From Chloroflexota bacterium (GTDB lineage Bacteria > Chloroflexota > UBA11872 > VXOZ01): DNA of 64,000 bases. The translations under genes were made by a program, and so were the position numbers. Within the stretch, counting starts at the first letter, position 1; each line of letters begins with the position of its first letter. Below, in pieces: positions 59,081 to 64,000 of the stretch. The stretch spans positions 224,001 through 288,000 of the forward strand of contig OY760183.1 in assembly GCA_963663275.1 (NCBI GenBank). The letters are read 5' to 3'. The notes beneath the pieces are model-generated. The model was not told where the DNA came from and ran no database searches. It saw only the letters and a list, made by a program, of their open reading frames with translations.

Positions 59081-61558
59081 CTACGCCGGGCCTTCTTGCC
59101 GCTCGCGGCGGCGGAAAGTTTCCTCGATCTCCGCGTCGAGTTCCTGCGCCCAATTCCGCACCCGGGAGCGCAGGCGCATGTTCTGGTACGCGCCCCAGAC
59201 CGTCATCGCCGGCGGCACCACCAGCACGGACACCACCAGCGAGTAGAGGATCGTAATCGCCGCCGTGAAGGCGAACTGCTGGAACATGATCTGGGTGGAG
59301 ACCAGCAGCGCGCCGATGCCCAGGGCCGTGGTCAGCGCCGAACCCAGCAGCGCCGAGCCGGTAGTGCGCAGCGTCCGGATGGCCGCCTGCTCCGGGTCGC
59401 GCCGGCGGGCGTACTCCTCGCGGTAGCGATGGATGATGTGGATGGTGTAGTCCACCCCGATGCCGATCGAGAGCGCCGCGATGATCGACGTGATCAGCGA
59501 ATAGGGAATGCCCAGCAGCGCCATCGTGCCGATCACCGAGACGAGCGCGATGACGATCGGCGCCACCGCGATCAGCGCCAGCGCCGGTTGGCGCGCCGTC
59601 ACCCAGAAGAAGAACGCCAGCACGCTGAGGGCGGCCGCGATGATGGTTATCACCGCCTCCGTCTGCCCGTCGGTAATCGCGTCGGTAATCGTAATCGTGA
59701 TGATGCTGTCCGACGTTGCCGTAATGTCAGTGTCTTCGCCGCGCCAGCGCGTCTCTATCTCCTCCTGGATTGCCTTCGTTTGCGCGGCATTGCCGGTATA
59801 TGCCGGAAACTGGAGCAGTATTGAGTCTCTGCCATTGGGATCGTTGGAGAGAAGATACGCCAAGGTGGGGTCTTGCGCCTGGAGCCTGACGAGCGCCTCC
59901 TGCATCAGCCCGGTATCGAGTTGCACGCCGGCGGAGGCTTCCCCGAAGAGCGCGGCCAGTTCCGGGTCGTACTTGTCGCCGGGCTCCCCGCTGTCGTGGA
60001 TCCAGTCGCGCAGGAGCGATTCGTACGAGGCGATGATGGGGCTTGCCGCCGCGCTCGGGCGCAGCCCTTCATCCTCGAAGGCGGTCATGAGGTCCCGCAG
60101 GTTCAGCAGCGTGCGCGTCTCCGCGGCCTCGGCCGTTACAAGCACGTTGACCATCTCCGTGGAGCCGCCAAACGCCGCGTCCAGCGTATCCATGTCCGCC
60201 ATGGTGGGCCCGCCTCTGGGCACCACGTCGCGGAGTTGGAACTCCGAGCCGACTCCCCTGGCCGCAATCCCAAGTCCGACGACAATCACGAACACGACGA
60301 TGAGATAGGGCGCGGGCCTGCGCGTGACTCCCCGCCCCAGCATCTCCGCCAGCCGCTCGACGCCGGGCAGCGCGTGCGCCACCAAACGAGGCTGTTTCAA
60401 CGTGCCGCGCGCTTCGCGCCGCCGGTCGATGAGCGTCCGGCCGGCCGGCACCAGGGTCAACATCACGATGAGGGTCATGCCCACGCCCAAGCCGGCGATC
60501 ACGCCGAAATCGCCCACGATTTCGATGGGAGAGAACAGGCTCACCAGGAAACTGACAATCGTGGTGACGCCGGCCAGCGTCAGCGGCACGGTGACGTTGT
60601 TCAGCCCCACGCGCGCGGCCTCGGCCACCGGCTCGCCCAGGTGGCGTTGCTCGCGGTAGTGCGAGACGATCTGAATCGCGTAGTCCACCGTGAGACTCAT
60701 CATGACGACGGGCACCACCGCCGTCAGCGCGTTGGGCGGGCCGATCAGGCCCAAACCGTACGGGCCGAGCCAGCCCTCCACGCCGATGATCCAGACGAGG
60801 GCCAGGGTCAACCCTCCCAGCGTGAGCAGCAAATCGGTGAACGTGCGCATGAAGAGCAGCGTAAGCCCCGCGATGAGCAGGAGCGTCAGCCCGGACAAGG
60901 GCAGCCTCCCTTCCCGCGTGGCCTGCCGGAAGGCGTCGTCGACCACCACGGTCGAGAGGCTGCTGGCGCGCAGCGGGCCTTCGCTGGCGAGCGCGGCCTC
61001 GTAGATCCGGCGTTCGGCGTCCACCACGCGCTCGTCACCCGTTCTGCGCAGGCGGATGCTGGCAACCGCGACCGGCGTGTCGTCCGCGTCCACGCCGGTC
61101 AGCGCGGCGAGCGCCGGCTGTATCTCCGGGCGGGCGCCGGCCGCGTCGATCTGCTCCTGGGTGACCGCCTCGAAACTCTGCACGCGCAGCAGCGCCTTGA
61201 TCAGCAGCGAGGGCGCGACCACCGGGTCCACCGGCGCCAGAATTCCCCCCACCGTTGGATCGGTGACGACCTCGCCAATCAGGGCGTCCATCTGCGCCAA
61301 TCCCGCCGGAGTGAGCCCGTTGCCCCGGAAGATGAGCGTTACGACGGTGGCGTTGCCGGTTTCACCGAAGCGCTCTTCGATCTCTGCGAGCGCCATGGCG
61401 ACGGCGCTCTCCTCGGGCAGAGACGCAATTGAAGGCGGCAGCGGCGCCCGCCGCGCCGCCCCCGCGGCGAGAAAGATCGTCACGTTCAAGAGCATGAACA
61501 GCGTGAGCCACGGACGCTCGACGACCAGCCGGCTCAACTCGCCGAGAACGTTGCTCAT
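59081..61558 (-). CDS. MMPL/RND superfamily transporter
   Basis: Two 1+5 TM repeats with extracytoplasmic loops; SLTVDYAIQ and GIGVDYTIH motifs. Confidence 0.9.
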   Translation of the reverse strand: MSNVLGELSRLVVERPWLTLFMLLNVTIFLAAGAARRAPLPPSIASLPEESAVAMALAEIEERFGETGNATVVTLIFRGNGLTPAGLAQMDALIGEVVTDPTVGGILAPVDPVVAPSLLIKALLRVQSFEAVTQEQIDAAGARPEIQPALAALTGVDADDTPVAVASIRLRRTGDERVVDAERRIYEAALASEGPLRASSLSTVVVDDAFRQATREGRLPLSGLTLLLIAGLTLLFMRTFTDLLLTLGGLTLALVWIIGVEGWLGPYGLGLIGPPNALTAVVPVVMMSLTVDYAIQIVSHYREQRHLGEPVAEAARVGLNNVTVPLTLAGVTTIVSFLVSLFSPIEIVGDFGVIAGLGVGMTLIVMLTLVPAGRTLIDRRREARGTLKQPRLVAHALPGVERLAEMLGRGVTRRPAPYLIVVFVIVVGLGIAARGVGSEFQLRDVVPRGGPTMADMDTLDAAFGGSTEMVNVLVTAEAAETRTLLNLRDLMTAFEDEGLRPSAAASPIIASYESLLRDWIHDSGEPGDKYDPELAALFGEASAGVQLDTGLMQEALVRLQAQDPTLAYLLSNDPNGRDSILLQFPAYTGNAAQTKAIQEEIETRWRGEDTDITATSDSIITITITDAITDGQTEAVITIIAAALSVLAFFFWVTARQPALALIAVAPIVIALVSVIGTMALLGIPYSLITSIIAALSIGIGVDYTIHIIHRYREEYARRRDPEQAAIRTLRTTGSALLGSALTTALGIGALLVSTQIMFQQFAFTAAITILYSLVVSVLVVPPAMTVWGAYQNMRLRSRVRNWAQELDAEIEETFRRRERQEGPA

Positions 61559-61816
61559 GTCCCCACTTCCTGTATGCGGACGCTCCCACACGCGGCGTGG
61601 GCAACCTCGCGGCCGCGGCGGGCGCGCCGCCCAGGCCCACAGTCGTCTCGAAGGTCCGTTCGTGCCGTCCTCTCACCACTTGAGCACTTAGCACTATACA
61701 CGAAAGCGAGCCGAGCGGCATACCCGACTTGACGTGTGCGCCCACAAGCTCGCCCTCCGGCCGGAGAAGCAACGGCACAACCCGGCCGCTAGGCAGAATG
61801 AACTCCCTCTCCCTGG

Positions 61817-61897
61817 GGCGCCCAGGTGCGGGCAATAGGCCTCGGCCACGCAGACGCGCCCGTTCTCATCACAGTACGCAATGATATTCTCACCCAG
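61817..61897 (-). pseudogene. Fragment of a Rieske [2Fe-2S] oxygenase
   Basis: LGENIIAYCDENGRVCVAEAYCPHLGA contains the first CxH ligand motif; no second CxxH; ends abruptly at a repeat arm (aactccctctccctgg). Confidence 0.7.
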
Positions 61898-61904
61898 TCT
61901 CAAA

Positions 61905-61968
61905 TTGACAGCGTATACCATTTTCAAGTACAATATAGTCGAATAGACCGAATAGTCGAACAGACCGA
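61905..61968 (+). promoter_or_regulatory. Near-consensus sigma70 promoter plus tandem 17-bp operator-like repeat
   Basis: TTGACA(61905)-18 nt-TACAAT(61929); atagtcgaatagaccga / atagtcgaacagaccga at 61935-61968. Confidence 0.7.
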
Positions 61969-62193
61969 AATGAACTGCCTGTACGCCCCGGGAACGCGCG
62001 CTCAAAGGTGAGTCCGTGCTCCGTTGTCGGTTAGCCTCTCCTTTTTCCTGCCCAGTGGTCGAGTCTGCCCGTAGCGCGCCATGCTCCGGATGGTGTGCCG
62101 GCAGGTCGATCCGCGCGCGGATACTGTGGCTGGGAGGTTCTCATTCACTCTTCCACCAGTCAAGGTTATCACGAGTCCTTGGAGGAAAGACGT

Positions 62194-64000
62194 ATGTCTC
62201 TCGAAGTAGACCGGATCGCGACTCACGAGTTAACGCTGCCGCAAGAACTCGTCCTGATGCTGCTCAATGAGGAAACCGGCTACTTTCGCCAAGTGGTCGG
62301 CTGGGACTTGAACTGCGCAATTGTGGGCGCAATACTCGCTGAGCTATCGCTCCGTTCCCGCATTGACACGGACATGGAATCCCTGAAGCTTCTCGATCCG
62401 ACGGAGACCGGCAACCCGGTCTTAGATACCGTACTCGAGAAGATCGTCAATGAACCCGTTGAACATAATGCCACCTACTGGATCGAGCGGCTTGTCTTTC
62501 GCGCGCCCCAGATCATCGACCGGATTTTGGACCGCTTGGTTGAACTGAAGGTGCTTGACTACCACGACGGCGAATTCTGGACGCTGTCTCGCACTGCGTG
62601 GCAGACGGAAGTGCACAGTGACGTTGGCGAAGGCACCGCGGTTGAGTTCGTCAAGTCGCGCGTGAGCAGGGTGATCTTCAACAATGAGATTCCCGCACCC
62701 AGAGATGTCATCATGGTCTGTCTTCTCAATACGTGCGATGTCCTGCGCTTCATCTTTCACCTCGAAGAAGAGACCGAGGAGCGTGTCCGGCTGATCAGCA
62801 GGATGAACCTGATTGGCCGCTCCGTGGCCGAGGGGGTCGCCGACAACTTCGTCGGGCCGCTGCTCCAGCGGTCCGCGCTTTCCAAACCAATCCCAACAGT
62901 AAAGCTGCAAGACCTGCTGCTCAATCCACACCTGCGCACCGGCAACATTCCCGCGATCTTTGCGGAACTTCAAAAGAAGTACGGCCCAGTGTTTACCATA
63001 CGCCCGCCTCTCTCAGAGCCTCTGTATTTTCTGGCCGGGCCCCGGGTCAACCAGTGGGTGCAACGGAACGGCCGCCATTTCCTGAGAGCCAAGGACTATT
63101 TCACCGACTTCGAGAAAGTCTTCGGCGCATCCGGCTTGATACCGGCCGCGGACGGCGCCGATCACTTCCGGCTGCGCAAGGCCATGTCGCCAGGGTATTC
63201 ACGCGAGAGGCTGGAAGGGCAACTGGACGAAGTGTACCGCAATGCCCGGACGTACATGGCGGACTGGAAGGTTGGCGACTCCTACGCTGCCAATCGCCTC
63301 TGCCGGCGGATGATAAACGCGCAACTTTCGCCGTTCACGGTGAACATTGACTCGCAAGACATCGTCGACGATCTCATGGCGTACAAGGAACGCGCGCTCA
63401 GCACGCACGTCGCGCGGGTCCTGCCCAAATTCATGCTGCATACCCCCGGCATGAAACGCCGGGCGAAAGTCGTCAACGAGGTGCTGGATCGCGTCCTGAG
63501 CGAGCATACGCCCGCCCAGCGCGCCGGCAGTCCGCGGGATCATGCCGACGACCTGCTGAGCCTGCACGCAAGCGACCCGCAATTCCTGCCGGAATCTAAT
63601 ATGGGGTTTATGCTATCGGCCCCGCTGCTTGCCAGCATGTACCTGGGCGATGCGCTGAGCTTCGCGGTCTACGCCATGGCCGCGCAGCCTGAACTCTACG
63701 ATCGGATCAAAGTCGAAGCGGATGCGCTCTTTGGCAACGGCGATCCGGCGGGCGCCGACTTCACGCTGGAGGCAATCGACGTCACGCACCGCTTCCTCAT
63801 GGAATGCATGCGCATGTACCCGGTCGTGCCCGTGTCTATTCGCAACGTCATGAATGCGTGCGTGGTGGAAGGCTTCGAATTGCCGGTCGGGGCGCGGCTC
63901 CACATTGCCACGACCGCCACGCATTATTTGGACGATATCTTCCCTGATCCCTTCACGTTCGATATCGACCGCTATCAGGCGCCGCGCAATGAGCATCGCA
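62194..64000 (+). CDS. GPP34/GOLPH3-like domain fused to cytochrome P450 (3'-truncated by the window edge)
   Basis: GGAGG RBS, ATG 62194, open for 602 codons. N-terminus LTLPQELVLMLLNEETG..GAILAELSLRSRI..DPTETGNPVLD. P450 part KYGPVF, DGADHFRLRK, ECMRMYP (ExxR), VVEGFELPVG, FPDPFTFDIDRY. Confidence 0.88.
   Translation, partial: MSLEVDRIATHELTLPQELVLMLLNEETGYFRQVVGWDLNCAIVGAILAELSLRSRIDTDMESLKLLDPTETGNPVLDTVLEKIVNEPVEHNATYWIERLVFRAPQIIDRILDRLVELKVLDYHDGEFWTLSRTAWQTEVHSDVGEGTAVEFVKSRVSRVIFNNEIPAPRDVIMVCLLNTCDVLRFIFHLEEETEERVRLISRMNLIGRSVAEGVADNFVGPLLQRSALSKPIPTVKLQDLLLNPHLRTGNIPAIFAELQKKYGPVFTIRPPLSEPLYFLAGPRVNQWVQRNGRHFLRAKDYFTDFEKVFGASGLIPAADGADHFRLRKAMSPGYSRERLEGQLDEVYRNARTYMADWKVGDSYAANRLCRRMINAQLSPFTVNIDSQDIVDDLMAYKERALSTHVARVLPKFMLHTPGMKRRAKVVNEVLDRVLSEHTPAQRAGSPRDHADDLLSLHASDPQFLPESNMGFMLSAPLLASMYLGDALSFAVYAMAAQPELYDRIKVEADALFGNGDPAGADFTLEAIDVTHRFLMECMRMYPVVPVSIRNVMNACVVEGFELPVGARLHIATTATHYLDDIFPDPFTFDIDRYQAPRNEHR

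Noticed and set aside
62422-63996. Minus-strand ORFs listed in the track at the right edge
   Set aside because: Antisense shadows of the plus-strand GPP34-P450 gene

Overview
A GC-rich bacterial window, most consistent with a Chloroflexota genome. That assignment is an inference from the DUF2298/TIGR03663 membrane-protein pair, the Tat-lipoprotein solute-binding proteins, and expanded PhyH, Gfo/Idh/MocA and enolase families of the kind seen in marine and sponge-associated lineages. Housekeeping genes include murE, gcvT-H-PA-PB, mazG, galE, rlmD, coaE and thiI. They are mixed with catabolic accessory genes (3 PhyH dioxygenases, 4 Gfo/Idh/MocA oxidoreductases, a sulfatase, GH32, 2 enolase-superfamily enzymes, aminotransferases) and three small toxin-antitoxin-like pairs. 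Two things stand out. (1) At the right edge, missing from the ORF track because it runs off the window, is a >602-codon ORF from 62194. It fuses a GPP34/GOLPH3-like N-terminal domain to an atypical cytochrome P450 lacking the I-helix AGxET motif. It has a near-consensus promoter and a 17-bp tandem operator-like repeat, and is divergent from a Rieske-oxygenase remnant and an MMPL/RND transporter. (2) Many intergenic spaces are nested stacks of REP-like hairpins and at least five non-autonomous MITE families with readable TIRs and TSDs. Two of these families repeatedly insert into the REP hairpins with ~11-bp duplications, and the repeats have also entered coding sequence (galE, a lipoprotein gene). 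No rRNA, tRNA, CRISPR array or transposase gene was recognised. All family assignments are by motif recognition, not database search.
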